64,000 bases of DNA. Source: an uncultured Candidatus Saccharibacteria bacterium. GTDB lineage: Bacteria > Patescibacteriota > Minisyncoccia > Phycocordibacterales > Zambryskibacteraceae. The notes beneath the pieces are model-generated. The model had not been told where the DNA came from. It made no database searches and worked only from the letters and a program-made list of their open reading frames with translations. Within the stretch, counting starts at the first letter, position 1; each line of letters starts with the position of its first letter. A program made the position numbers and the translations under genes. Shown here piece by piece: positions 28,086 through 37,026 of this stretch. Location: assembly GCA_964642835.1 (NCBI GenBank), contig CAZXQA010000001.1, positions 68,219 through 132,218 on the forward strand, in the 5' to 3' direction.

Positions 28086-29324
28086 CTATTTCTTTTCTTT
28101 AATTTCAGTTTTCAGCTTCTCGACCAGCTCATCCTGATCCATAGCTCCGAGTTGGCCTGCATCGCGGCTCTCTACTCCAACTTTGTTTTCTGCGATTTCT
28201 TTGTCGCCTACGATGAGGAGGTAAGGGATCTTTTCAGACTTGCCGTTCCTGATCTTTTTGCCTAAAGATTCGCCAGTGACGTCGATCTCAGTGCGAATGC
28301 CAGCGGCCTGCAGCTTCGTAACGAGAGCTTCTGCGTACGTGACGTGTCCTTCGCCAATCGGTAACACACGCGCCTGGACAGGAGCGAGCCAGAGGGGGAA
28401 GGCGCCAGCATACTTCTCGATCAAGAAGGCCATAATGCGCTCAATTGCGCCAATTGAGGAACGGTGAACCACGAAAGCCTTGTGCTCTTTACCATCTTCG
28501 CCCGTGTAAACCAAATTAAAGCGTTCCGGCATAATGAAGTCATACTGAACGGTGAGCGCAGTGTCTTCTTTGCCATTTACATTCTTCATTTGGAGATCAA
28601 TTTTAGGCCCGTAGAACGCCGCTTCTCCTTTAGCTTCTTCGAAGTTGTTCCCTAAGCGTTTCTGCATAAGTTGACGTAATAGGTCCTCAGCCTTCTCCCA
28701 CGCGGCTTCGTTGCCCGCGTACTTTTCCTTGTTATCACGATCGCCTTGCGAGAGACGGTAGCGATAGTCTTTACCATGTTCGAGTCCGAAAACAGAACAG
28801 ACGTATTCGATAAGATCGAGTGCCTTGGCAATCTCATCAACGGCTTCAACCTCGTCTTTACAGATGATGTGAGCATCTGCCAGGCAGAAACTGCGAACAC
28901 GCTGGAGGCCCATAAGCTCACCAGATTGCTCATAGCGATAGAGTTGAGCCAGTTCGGCAATACGCATCGGCAACTCTCGGTAAGAGTGGGGTTTTGATAG
29001 GTAGAGTTCGAAGTGGTGCGGGCAGGTCATAGGGCGGAGCATGAATTCATCGTCATCGATTTTGATTGGCGCGTACATGCTGTCGCTGTAATACGGATAG
29101 TGACCGGACTTCTTATAGAGGTCGAGTTTGGCAATATCCGGGGTTACGACGTGGAGGTAACCGCGACGAATTTCTTCATCGACGATAAAGCGTTCAAGTT
29201 CGCGACGCACGGTAGCGCCCTTTGGGAGCCAAAGGGGCAGGCCTTTGCCGACGGTGTCAGAGAAGGTAAAAAGCTCTAATTCTCGGCCTAATTTCTTATG
29301 GTCTCGTTCTTGATTTTCATTCAT
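28086..29324 (-). CDS. thrS: threonyl-tRNA synthetase (catalytic and anticodon-binding domains only)
   Basis: Class II core (MLRPMTCPHHFELY...; FYGPKIDL; HRSSIGAIERIMAFLIE) plus a C-terminal anticodon-binding domain. Lacks the N-terminal TGS/editing domains (412 aa). Confidence 0.85.
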   Translation of the reverse strand: MNENQERDHKKLGRELELFTFSDTVGKGLPLWLPKGATVRRELERFIVDEEIRRGYLHVVTPDIAKLDLYKKSGHYPYYSDSMYAPIKIDDDEFMLRPMTCPHHFELYLSKPHSYRELPMRIAELAQLYRYEQSGELMGLQRVRSFCLADAHIICKDEVEAVDEIAKALDLIEYVCSVFGLEHGKDYRYRLSQGDRDNKEKYAGNEAAWEKAEDLLRQLMQKRLGNNFEEAKGEAAFYGPKIDLQMKNVNGKEDTALTVQYDFIMPERFNLVYTGEDGKEHKAFVVHRSSIGAIERIMAFLIEKYAGAFPLWLAPVQARVLPIGEGHVTYAEALVTKLQAAGIRTEIDVTGESLGKKIRNGKSEKIPYLLIVGDKEIAENKVGVESRDAGQLGAMDQDELVEKLKTEIKEKK

Positions 29325-29480
29325 GGGGTTAATCCTAGCAAACTTGTAGTAAAAACAAACCCCTTCGCGTGGAAGGGGTTTGCCGGGGAACGATCGCTCG
29401 GATCACGCCACAACAGACTCCTTCCAAGGAAGGGTCGTCGTGGTAGTCGTGTTGAAGCGAGCGAATTGCATAGAAATACT

Positions 29481-32400
29481 CTATAACGCCTTCACTTTAT
29501 CTGCAATGAAGCTTGTTTCGCCGTTGCGCTTCGAGACCTTGCCTTTAATGGCGATGCAGGCGTCGGAGAGGAGGAATTGTTTGAACTCGTTGTAGACACG
29601 CGGGAAGACGGCCACTTCGGTCGAGCCCGAGAAGTCAGAGAGCTTCATGAAGACCATTGTCTCGTTGCCCTTAGTCGTCACGGTGCGAGCCTGCTCGACG
29701 ATACCAGCGATGACGGCTTCGGTGTTCTCTCGCATCTCGGAGAGTTTGTTGAGATTCATATTCATCTTGGCGAATTTCTCGCGGTATGGTTCGAGGGGGT
29801 GCCCGGAGATGTAGAGCCCGAGGAGCTCCTTCTCCCAGGCGAGCTTCTCCTTCATGCTTACTTCCGGCGCGCTTTGGAGACGAAGGACGGGGAGGGTGGA
29901 AGTGTCGCTCATGAGACTAAAGAGCGAGCTCTGGTTCTCGGCGGTATTGGCGCGTTCCTTATGGTAGCTCAAGAGGGCATCTAAGTTCGCGAGGAGAAGG
30001 CCGCGTTCGCCGAAGTCGTCGAGAGCGCCGGCTTTGATGAGGGATTCGAGAGACTTTTTATTTAAATTTCTATCCTTGATGCGGTCGAGGAAGTCGGCGA
30101 GGGAGGTAAATTTGCCCGCGCGCTTGCGTTCCTGGGTAATACTTGAAGCGACACTCGCGCCGAAGTTCTTGATCGTGGTTAGGCCGAAGCGGATTTTGTG
30201 TGGCTGGTCGGTTTGAGAAATGACGGAGAATTGCGAGAAACTTTCATTGACGGAGGGCGGCAAGACGTCGATGCCCATGCGCTTACATTCGTTCACCATA
30301 ATACCAATCGTGTCGACGTCTCCTGACTCGGCCGTAAGCACCGCGGACATATAGATGGCCGGATAGTTGGCCTTGAGCCAGGCGGTCACGTAGGCAATGT
30401 GTCCGTAGCTCGCGGCGTGAGCCTTGTTGAAGCCGTAACCCTGGAAGGGCACGAAGAGATCCCAGATAGCCTCGGCCCGGTCGCGGGCCATACCGCCATG
30501 TTTAATACATCCTTCCACGAAGAGGACATGCTGCTTCTTCATTTCTTCCGGGATCTTCTTACCGACGGCTTTGCGGAATTTGTCGACCTCGCCCCAGGTG
30601 TAGCCAGCCACCTCGATAGCGGTCATAAGGAGGTCGTCTTGGTAGACGAGCACGCCGAAGGTCGTGTCGAGGAAGTTCTTCATCTTGGGATGAAGGTAAA
30701 CGGCGGGTTTGCGGCCGTGCTTTCTCGCGATGTACTCCTGGATGTTGTCCATCGGACCTGGGCGGTAGAGAGCGACCATGACGTTAATGTCATGGATGTT
30801 CGTGGGTTTGAGTTCCATGAGAGCCTTCGTCATGCCGGAGCCGTTCAGCTGGAAGGTGCCTTCCGTTTCGCCGCGCGCGAGCATCTCGAAGGTCTTTTTG
30901 TCGTCGATCGGAATGTTTTCGATAGTTACGGTGACGCCTTCAATCTTTTGAATACGGGCGAACGCATCCGCAATGATCGAGAGGTTCCTAATACCAAGGA
31001 AGTCGAACTTCAAGAGCCCGGCTTCCTCGATCGAGTACATGTCGTACTGGGTGATGATCTTGTTTTCCCCCTTGGTATCGTACTGGAGAGCGGTGTAGTC
31101 GGTGAGAGGCCCTGGCGCGATGACGACACCCGCGGCGTGCACGGAGATGTGACGAGCGTTGCCCTCGATCTTCTGGGCCATGTCGACGATGGTGCGGACG
31201 TCGGCGTCGGCTTTGTACATTTCTTTAAATTCCGGCGATTCCTTCTTGGCACGCTCGATGGTCATAGGGAAGCCTTGCGCGCCCATCGGGATCAATTTGG
31301 CGATGTTGTCGCCTAACTGATAAGGAAAACCCATTGCTCTTGTTACGTCGCGGACGGCGCCGCGGGCCATCATGGTGCCGAAGGTACCAATCTGGGCCAC
31401 GTGGTCGACACCGTACTTCCGGCGCGCGTACTCGATCACCTCGTCGCGACGGGTGTCCGCGAAGTCCATGTCGATATCGGGAGCGGATGGGCGGTCAGGG
31501 TTCAAGAAGCGCTCGAAGGGGAGTTTGTACTCTAAGGGATTCACGTTCGTAATACCGGCGAGGTAGGTCACGATCGAACCGGCGACGGAACCTCTCACGT
31601 TTGTAAGAATGCCGTGCTCGTGCGCATAGTGGAGAAGGTCAGATACGACGAGGAAGTACTTAGGGTATCCCTTGTCGCGAATAACCTTGAGTTCGTACTC
31701 AATGCGCTCGACCAAGGTCGGCGTTTCCGTGAGACCGCGGCGCGCGATGCCGTCGTAGACGATTTTCTTCAAGGCTTCGTCCGGCGTGAGACCGTCTGGC
31801 ATCTCAAGATCGGGGAAGACCCATTTGCCGAGTTCGAGCTTCAGATTGCAGCGATCCGCGATGCGCTCCGTATTCGCGAGAGCTTCGGGAAGATGTTTGA
31901 AATATTTGTGCGCCGTTTTTGTATTAATAAAGGAGAAATCCTCTTCCTCTTCGCCGAAGGCATTCCCACCTCCGCCACCCATGTAGCCTTGAATCGAGAG
32001 AAGTGTTTCGCGAGCCTGTCGGTCCTTGGGATCGAGATAGTAGACGTCGTGAGCGGCCACGAGAGGGATGCCTTGAGCGTTCGCCAAAGCGATGCGCGAC
32101 TTCATGCGCTCCTCGTGCTCCATGATCTCGGGGTGATGTGTCACCTCAAGGTAGAAGTGCTCTGGCCCGAACGTTTCTTGGTAGAAGGCGGAGAGCTCTT
32201 CGACATTGGTCTTCACGAAGGACGGGAGAATGGCGATGAGACCTTCCTTGTGTTTCGCGATAAGCTCTTTATCCAAACGCGGTTTGTAGTAGAAGCCCTC
32301 GAGGTAGGAAGCCGTGACAAGCTTCAATAAATTTTGATAGCCTGCTTCATTTTCGGCGAGAAGGACGAGGCGGGTGCGCTGGTTGTCGAGCCGCGCTTCT

Positions 32401-32645
32401 TTGTCGTGTCGCGTGCGCAGGGCGACGTAGAAGTCGACGCCGATGATGGGCTTAATCCCCGCGTCGGTGCACTCCTGATAGAACTCGATCGCGCCGTAGA
32501 GATTCCCCGCGTCGGTAAGAGCCAGGGCCGTCATGCCCTCCTTCTTGGCCTTCGCGACGAGGTCAGGGATCTTCGGCAAAGCTTCGAGAAGTGAGAAGTG
32601 TGAGTGCGTATGGAGGTGGGTGAAGGGGGTATTCGTCTCAGCCAT
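29481..32645 (-). CDS. dnaE: DNA polymerase III alpha subunit
   Basis: N-terminal PHP domain (FTHLHTHSHFSLLEA...), polymerase core, an OB-fold tail. 1054 aa. Confidence 0.95.
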   Translation of the reverse strand: MAETNTPFTHLHTHSHFSLLEALPKIPDLVAKAKKEGMTALALTDAGNLYGAIEFYQECTDAGIKPIIGVDFYVALRTRHDKEARLDNQRTRLVLLAENEAGYQNLLKLVTASYLEGFYYKPRLDKELIAKHKEGLIAILPSFVKTNVEELSAFYQETFGPEHFYLEVTHHPEIMEHEERMKSRIALANAQGIPLVAAHDVYYLDPKDRQARETLLSIQGYMGGGGGNAFGEEEEDFSFINTKTAHKYFKHLPEALANTERIADRCNLKLELGKWVFPDLEMPDGLTPDEALKKIVYDGIARRGLTETPTLVERIEYELKVIRDKGYPKYFLVVSDLLHYAHEHGILTNVRGSVAGSIVTYLAGITNVNPLEYKLPFERFLNPDRPSAPDIDMDFADTRRDEVIEYARRKYGVDHVAQIGTFGTMMARGAVRDVTRAMGFPYQLGDNIAKLIPMGAQGFPMTIERAKKESPEFKEMYKADADVRTIVDMAQKIEGNARHISVHAAGVVIAPGPLTDYTALQYDTKGENKIITQYDMYSIEEAGLLKFDFLGIRNLSIIADAFARIQKIEGVTVTIENIPIDDKKTFEMLARGETEGTFQLNGSGMTKALMELKPTNIHDINVMVALYRPGPMDNIQEYIARKHGRKPAVYLHPKMKNFLDTTFGVLVYQDDLLMTAIEVAGYTWGEVDKFRKAVGKKIPEEMKKQHVLFVEGCIKHGGMARDRAEAIWDLFVPFQGYGFNKAHAASYGHIAYVTAWLKANYPAIYMSAVLTAESGDVDTIGIMVNECKRMGIDVLPPSVNESFSQFSVISQTDQPHKIRFGLTTIKNFGASVASSITQERKRAGKFTSLADFLDRIKDRNLNKKSLESLIKAGALDDFGERGLLLANLDALLSYHKERANTAENQSSLFSLMSDTSTLPVLRLQSAPEVSMKEKLAWEKELLGLYISGHPLEPYREKFAKMNMNLNKLSEMRENTEAVIAGIVEQARTVTTKGNETMVFMKLSDFSGSTEVAVFPRVYNEFKQFLLSDACIAIKGKVSKRNGETSFIADKVKAL

Positions 32646-32676
32646 TGCGCCTAGTTTAGCATAAGCACGGCGATAG

Positions 32677-32705
32677 TTGACAATATGTTACTTTATATCT
32701 ATAAT
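32677..32705 (+). promoter_or_regulatory. perfect consensus sigma70 promoter TTGACA-17-TATAAT
   Basis: TTGACAatatgttactttatatcTATAAT, about 45 nt upstream of the GTG at 32750. A G7 Shine-Dalgarno-like tract lies at 32738-32744. Confidence 0.5.
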
Positions 32706-32749
32706 CTTAAAAAGATAGGCCTCGAGTTAGGCCAGAAGGGGGGGTTGTT

Positions 32750-33610
32750 GTGAAAGAACAACAACGGGCACTTGATAACTTGATTCGTGAATACTGGGAG
32801 GTTAAGACTGACGAAGAGATAGGACAACTTGCGAATCCGCCGGTGGCGAAGCATGTGGTCAAGGAGCGTCGCCATACTCTCAACTTGAAGAAGAAAAAGT
32901 GGAGCACAAATCTGGTTGAGGGTGTTGATGTGGTAGAGCTTAAAGAAGCGTTGTTCGAGAAAGGCTATTCTTTGAGAGAGTTTGTGGAACTCAAGGGTAT
33001 CAAGCGCTCTCTCGATGACTTGTATGCTCTCATGAAGCGTCTTGGGATCGAGAATATTCCAGCTCAACGTAAGCCAGCGTGGAAAGGCGCCCATCTTGCT
33101 CGCAAATACGGGGTAGACCTAGTTGAGCTCAAGAAGGCGCTCTTCGAGACGGGGTACTCTTTAAGGGAGTTTGCCGAACTTAAGGCTTTCAAAGGCTCTC
33201 TTCGTTCTCTATATGAGCTTGCAGAGTGCCTTGGGGTCGACAGCATCCATAAACAACGTAAGCCGGAATGGAAAGTTTTTCGTCTCGCTCGTCAACTTGG
33301 TCGACCAGAATTTCTTAATCGCGAGTGGCTCTCGGGGGAAGTAGGTAACCTAAAAGTTATCAGTGACCTTGCTGCAAAACTTGATGTCACTGAGAGTCAG
33401 CTGCGTGTTTTCACAGATCACTTCGGTCTGACTGGCAAGTCGACAAATAGGCCGAAGGTGCTCAACTTGGTATGTGCAACATGTGGCAACTCGTTCCAGC
33501 GACGAATGGGACGTATGAACGGTAATGCGCATTCGCGCGAGAAACTGGGTTTACTGATGCAGACTGAGTTTTACTGCAAGCAACGGTGCTTCCTGTCTCG
33601 TAAACGGTAG
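32750..33610 (+). CDS. hypothetical protein with an internal ~64-aa tandem duplication and a C-terminal Cys cluster
   Basis: Residues ~59-122 and ~123-186 are clear paralogous repeats (VDVVELKEALFEKGYSLREFVELKGIKRSL... / VDLVELKKALFETGYSLREFAELKAFKGSL...). The C-terminus has CATCGNSF...C motifs. Confidence 0.45.
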   Translation: MKEQQRALDNLIREYWEVKTDEEIGQLANPPVAKHVVKERRHTLNLKKKKWSTNLVEGVDVVELKEALFEKGYSLREFVELKGIKRSLDDLYALMKRLGIENIPAQRKPAWKGAHLARKYGVDLVELKKALFETGYSLREFAELKAFKGSLRSLYELAECLGVDSIHKQRKPEWKVFRLARQLGRPEFLNREWLSGEVGNLKVISDLAAKLDVTESQLRVFTDHFGLTGKSTNRPKVLNLVCATCGNSFQRRMGRMNGNAHSREKLGLLMQTEFYCKQRCFLSRKR

Positions 33611-33714
33611 CTAGGACACAAGTAGGGCGGGGCCAACGGCCCCGCTCTTTCTTTTTGCTTAAAGTAATTGACTTTAGATATAAAATGTGATTTTGTAAGA
33701 ATGGAGGTAATTGC

Positions 33715-34140
33715 ATGAATCAGTTTCTTCGTTCGGTCTTACTCTTTATTTCCGGTGAGTCTCAGTATCTGACGATTGAAGAGTGTTACGAAGCCGTTCG
33801 ATCCGAGCCGTTGACTGTGGCCAGGATGAGTCCGCGCACGACCCGTGTCGAGAAACACATCATTTCTCCAATGGGCGGCAAGGCTCGCGTGACAATCTTT
33901 TATAAGATGACGCGTCGGCCAGATAACGTCGTGGTCGAGACCATCGAAGTGACCGCTTACAAACCCGGTGCTGTCACGGCAACTTTTGTCGGTGAAGTAC
34001 TTGTCGGCCTTACTCATAATGGTGTCAGATCAGATGTTCCGCGTCTCAATGAGCAGGTGCGGACTCGTCTCTGGCAAATTTTGCTTCTTGCTCGAGCGGC
34101 CGCGGAAAGCTTTCAGGAAATCCCTACGACACGTTCGTAG
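33715..34140 (+). CDS. hypothetical protein
   Basis: 141-aa ORF with GGAGG RBS. No family recognised. Confidence 0.4.
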   Translation: MNQFLRSVLLFISGESQYLTIEECYEAVRSEPLTVARMSPRTTRVEKHIISPMGGKARVTIFYKMTRRPDNVVVETIEVTAYKPGAVTATFVGEVLVGLTHNGVRSDVPRLNEQVRTRLWQILLLARAAAESFQEIPTTRS

Positions 34141-34203
34141 GGATTTTATATGTTAGAATTGACTTTATGTTATTTCTATGATTTTATACAGCTAGGAGGT
34201 GTT

Positions 34204-34596
34204 ATGTACTACTGCGTGTTTCTGGCGTTCATGATGTTGATGGAACCCGGTGTCGAGCAGAGCAATTCGTCGCAGGACACGGACATCAAGATTTCTGTAG
34301 CGAGTGATGCGGACGGTCTCTCCGCCACTCTCGAACTCGGCGGCGCCACCACGGTCGTCCGCGATGAAGGCGGCGGTTGGTTCCGGATCAAAACGGAACT
34401 CATCCCCGGCAAACCATCGTCGTATCGCACGAAGGGCACGATCGATCCGCAAGGGAAGAGTGCTTCAGTGACGTTCGACCTGGGCCACGCCAGTACCCAA
34501 GAGCAAAAGGGAGGCCCTTTCTGGACGTGTAGCGTCAAGGCTCCCCTCGAACGATCTGGTTCCAGAGCACCCGTGCTCGAGGCTACCTGTAAGTAG
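34204..34596 (+). CDS. hypothetical secreted protein
   Basis: Start at MYYCVFLAFMMLM (signal peptide) with AGGAGGTG RBS. The track ORF 34150 is extended 5'. Confidence 0.4.
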   Translation: MYYCVFLAFMMLMEPGVEQSNSSQDTDIKISVASDADGLSATLELGGATTVVRDEGGGWFRIKTELIPGKPSSYRTKGTIDPQGKSASVTFDLGHASTQEQKGGPFWTCSVKAPLERSGSRAPVLEATCK

Positions 34597-34610
34597 GGTG
34601 AGACACATGA

Positions 34611-34648
34611 GCCCCGCGTCGCCATCGGCGACGCGGGGCTTTTCTTTT
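34611..34648 (+). terminator. rho-independent terminator
   Basis: GCCCCGCGTCGCCatcgGCGACGCGGGGC followed by TTTTCTTTT. Confidence 0.55.
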
Positions 34649-34666
34649 GTGCTACATTAACTCCAC

Positions 34667-35257
34667 ATGGCGTACACCGTTGGTATTGATGAAGCGGGGA
34701 GAGGACCACTCGCGGGGCCGGTTTCGGTTGGAATGGTGAAGGTTCCTGCGCATCTTAATAAACAGTTTTTCAAAGGTATTAAGGACTCCAAGAAGCTGTC
34801 GCAAGAGAAACGGGAACTCTGGTATGCACGGGCGGTTGAAGGGAAAAAGAGAGGGGAATTAGATTTCCACGTCGCTCTTATTTCAGAAAAGGTTATCGAC
34901 AAGCGCGGTATCTCATATGCCATCCGTTTGGGCATCTTGCGTTGTCTCGAGGCGTTGGACGTTTCTCTGAAGGACAGTATCTTCCTCGACGGGTCGCTCA
35001 AGGCACCTGTGCAGTTTAAAAATCAGCAGACGATTATCAAAGGAGATGAAAAGGTGCCAGTCATCTCACTGGCTTCTATTTGTGCCAAGGTGGCGCGCGA
35101 TCGGAAGATGGTAGGACTCGCGAAAAAGTTCCCTCGCTATGGCTTCGACATTCATAAAGGTTATGGGACCTCCGCGCATCTTGCTGCTTTGCGGAAATAT
35201 GGCAAAACAGCTCTCCACAGGAGCACATTTTTGAAGAATTTGACAAAAAGTGGCTAA
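34667..35257 (+). CDS. rnhB: ribonuclease HII
   Basis: VGIDEAGRGPLAGPV active-site motif and the ...DSKKLS... motif. Confidence 0.9.
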   Translation: MAYTVGIDEAGRGPLAGPVSVGMVKVPAHLNKQFFKGIKDSKKLSQEKRELWYARAVEGKKRGELDFHVALISEKVIDKRGISYAIRLGILRCLEALDVSLKDSIFLDGSLKAPVQFKNQQTIIKGDEKVPVISLASICAKVARDRKMVGLAKKFPRYGFDIHKGYGTSAHLAALRKYGKTALHRSTFLKNLTKSG

Positions 35258-35290
35258 GTAGTATAATAAATTTCAGAAAAGGAGGCCCTT

Positions 35291-35770
35291 GTGGGCGCAG
35301 CGGTAATGCCAATCAATTTAAACTATGCCGCACTGGTTGCTCTACGGGCCCGTGGCGGAGAATTGGAAATCCTCCTTTTGGAGGCAACTGTTCTCACTGG
35401 AGTGCATACCGGACTCCATCTCTGGCAATTACCAGGAGGAGGGGAAGAGATTGCTGATCAAGGCAATCCCTTCCGCACTCTTGAAGCGGAACTCGAAGAG
35501 GAGACGGGATTGTCTTTGAAAAAGAACTATCCCGATCCACAACTTCTCGTTGTGCGAGAGAAGGTGCCAGAGCACTTCCAGCGTTTCTACCTCGCGTGGG
35601 AAACTGATTTGCAAGGAGAGCTTCGTCAAGGAGAGATTGTTGACGGCAACAAGCGTCTGGGTGCGCCCACATGGTGTTCCCTCTCGTTCGCCCGAGAGAA
35701 TCTGTGTGACGCGCACATCTTGGTGCTTCCTTGGTTGGATGAGATTCAATCAAGGTTCCAGAAAAAGTGA
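35291..35770 (+). CDS. NUDIX hydrolase
   Basis: Nudix box GGGEEIADQGNPFRTLEAELEEETGL (Gx5Ex7REuxEExGu). Confidence 0.7.
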   Translation: MGAAVMPINLNYAALVALRARGGELEILLLEATVLTGVHTGLHLWQLPGGGEEIADQGNPFRTLEAELEEETGLSLKKNYPDPQLLVVREKVPEHFQRFYLAWETDLQGELRQGEIVDGNKRLGAPTWCSLSFARENLCDAHILVLPWLDEIQSRFQKK

Positions 35771-35779
35771 GGAATATGG

Positions 35780-35816
35780 GAGCCGGGCGCGTCTATGCGC
35801 CCGGCTCTTTTCTTTT
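35780..35816 (+). terminator. rho-independent terminator
   Basis: GAGCCGGGCGCgtctatGCGCCCGGCTC followed by TTTTCTTTT. Confidence 0.55.
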
Positions 35817-35842
35817 GCTTTATATGTGCTATGGTGGAGGCC

Positions 35843-36055
35843 ATGGTTGTACGAATGAGACACACCCGCGCGCATACGAGAAACAGGCGTTCACATCACG
35901 CCCTATCTCAGCCTGCGTTGAGTAAGGACGCCGCCGGCGCCTCCCACCTCCGTCACAGGATGTCGAAGGCTACCGGCATGTACCGCGATCGCAAGGTCGT
36001 GGATTTGGCGAAGAAGCTCGACAAAAAGGCCAAGAAGCGCACCGCGGTGAAGTAA
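35843..36055 (+). CDS. rpmF: 50S ribosomal protein L32
   Basis: MVVRMRHTRAHTRNRRSHHALSQPALS...HLRHRMSKATGMYRDRKV matches the L32 pattern (...RRSHDAL...HLRHH...YRGRKV). GGTGGAGG RBS. The track ORF is 5'-extended. Confidence 0.8.
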   Translation: MVVRMRHTRAHTRNRRSHHALSQPALSKDAAGASHLRHRMSKATGMYRDRKVVDLAKKLDKKAKKRTAVK

Positions 36056-36088
36056 CCCCAATTTATCCCTTAGTTCTTTTGTTCTTTT

Positions 36089-37000
36089 ATGTCGCAAAGA
36101 CACCTTTCGCGTTCTATTGTTCTCCAATCGCTCTTCGAGTGGGATTTCGAAGGCAAGCAGCGGGAAGACATTTTCCCGATGTTCGAACGCAATATTAAAG
36201 AATTTGCTCCCGGTTCCTCGGACCGCCCGTTCATGGAAACGCTCTTGAAGCGCGTCCTCGACAAGCGCCCCGACCTCGACACCTTAATCGAGAAGGCGGC
36301 GCCCGAATGGCCTATTCATAAAATCGCTCCCGTGGATCGCAATATTCTCCGCATCGGGCTCGCTGAGCTCCTCTTCTCCGATCGCAAAGAAGTGCCACCC
36401 AAGGTTGCCATCAACGAAGCTATTGAGCTCGCCAAGCAGTTCGGTGGGGAGACATCCGGTCGGTTTGTAAACGGGGTCTTAGGCGCGGTCTACAAGGAAA
36501 TGGGCGAGCCGGGCAAGAACGAGACCGGTAAGCCGAAGCAGAAGCACGGCAATGTGCCGGATCATCTTCTCCCCGTCGAGAAGCTTGCCGGCGCGATTGT
36601 CTACGCCAAGCACGAGGGTCAGGTCTATCTTGCCCTCGTTCACGATGTCTTCGGCCACTGGACGCTCTCGAAGGGGAAGATTGGCGAAGGAGAAGCTGAC
36701 ACCGACTGCCTCACGCGCAAGGTGCCACTCGAGATCGGCATTCCTGTATCGGTGAAGGAGCACATCGGGAGTAACACGTACACCACCTTCCTCCCCGAGA
36801 AGGGCAAGGTCCGCAAAGAGATCAACTACTATCTCGCCGAAGCGCCGTTCCAGGAATTGACCCTCGAGAAGAAGGAGGAGAAGGGCGGTCTCGACGACGT
36901 GCGATGGTTCAAACTCGCCGATATTCTCGATCTCAACTTTTATGACGATATTCTGCCTATTATTACCAAGGCTTTGACCCGACTTGCAGAATCCAGGTAG
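36089..37000 (+). CDS. nusB: NusB antitermination factor fused to a C-terminal Nudix-like domain
   Basis: The N-terminal ~135 aa match NusB (RSIVLQSLFEWDF...ILRIGLAELLF...INEAIELAKQFGGETSGRFVNGVLG). The C-terminal ~150 aa carry a degenerate Nudix box GKIGEGEADTDCLTRKVPLEIGI. Confidence 0.65.
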   Translation: MSQRHLSRSIVLQSLFEWDFEGKQREDIFPMFERNIKEFAPGSSDRPFMETLLKRVLDKRPDLDTLIEKAAPEWPIHKIAPVDRNILRIGLAELLFSDRKEVPPKVAINEAIELAKQFGGETSGRFVNGVLGAVYKEMGEPGKNETGKPKQKHGNVPDHLLPVEKLAGAIVYAKHEGQVYLALVHDVFGHWTLSKGKIGEGEADTDCLTRKVPLEIGIPVSVKEHIGSNTYTTFLPEKGKVRKEINYYLAEAPFQELTLEKKEEKGGLDDVRWFKLADILDLNFYDDILPIITKALTRLAESR

Positions 37001-37026
37001 ATAGTAAATAGTAGTGAGTAATACAT

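Noticed and set aside
32738-32744. G7 homopolymer as a slipped-strand phase-variation switch
   Set aside because: It lies 5 nt upstream of the GTG start in a non-coding leader, where it simply forms a strong Shine-Dalgarno (GGGGGGG). There is no frame consequence.
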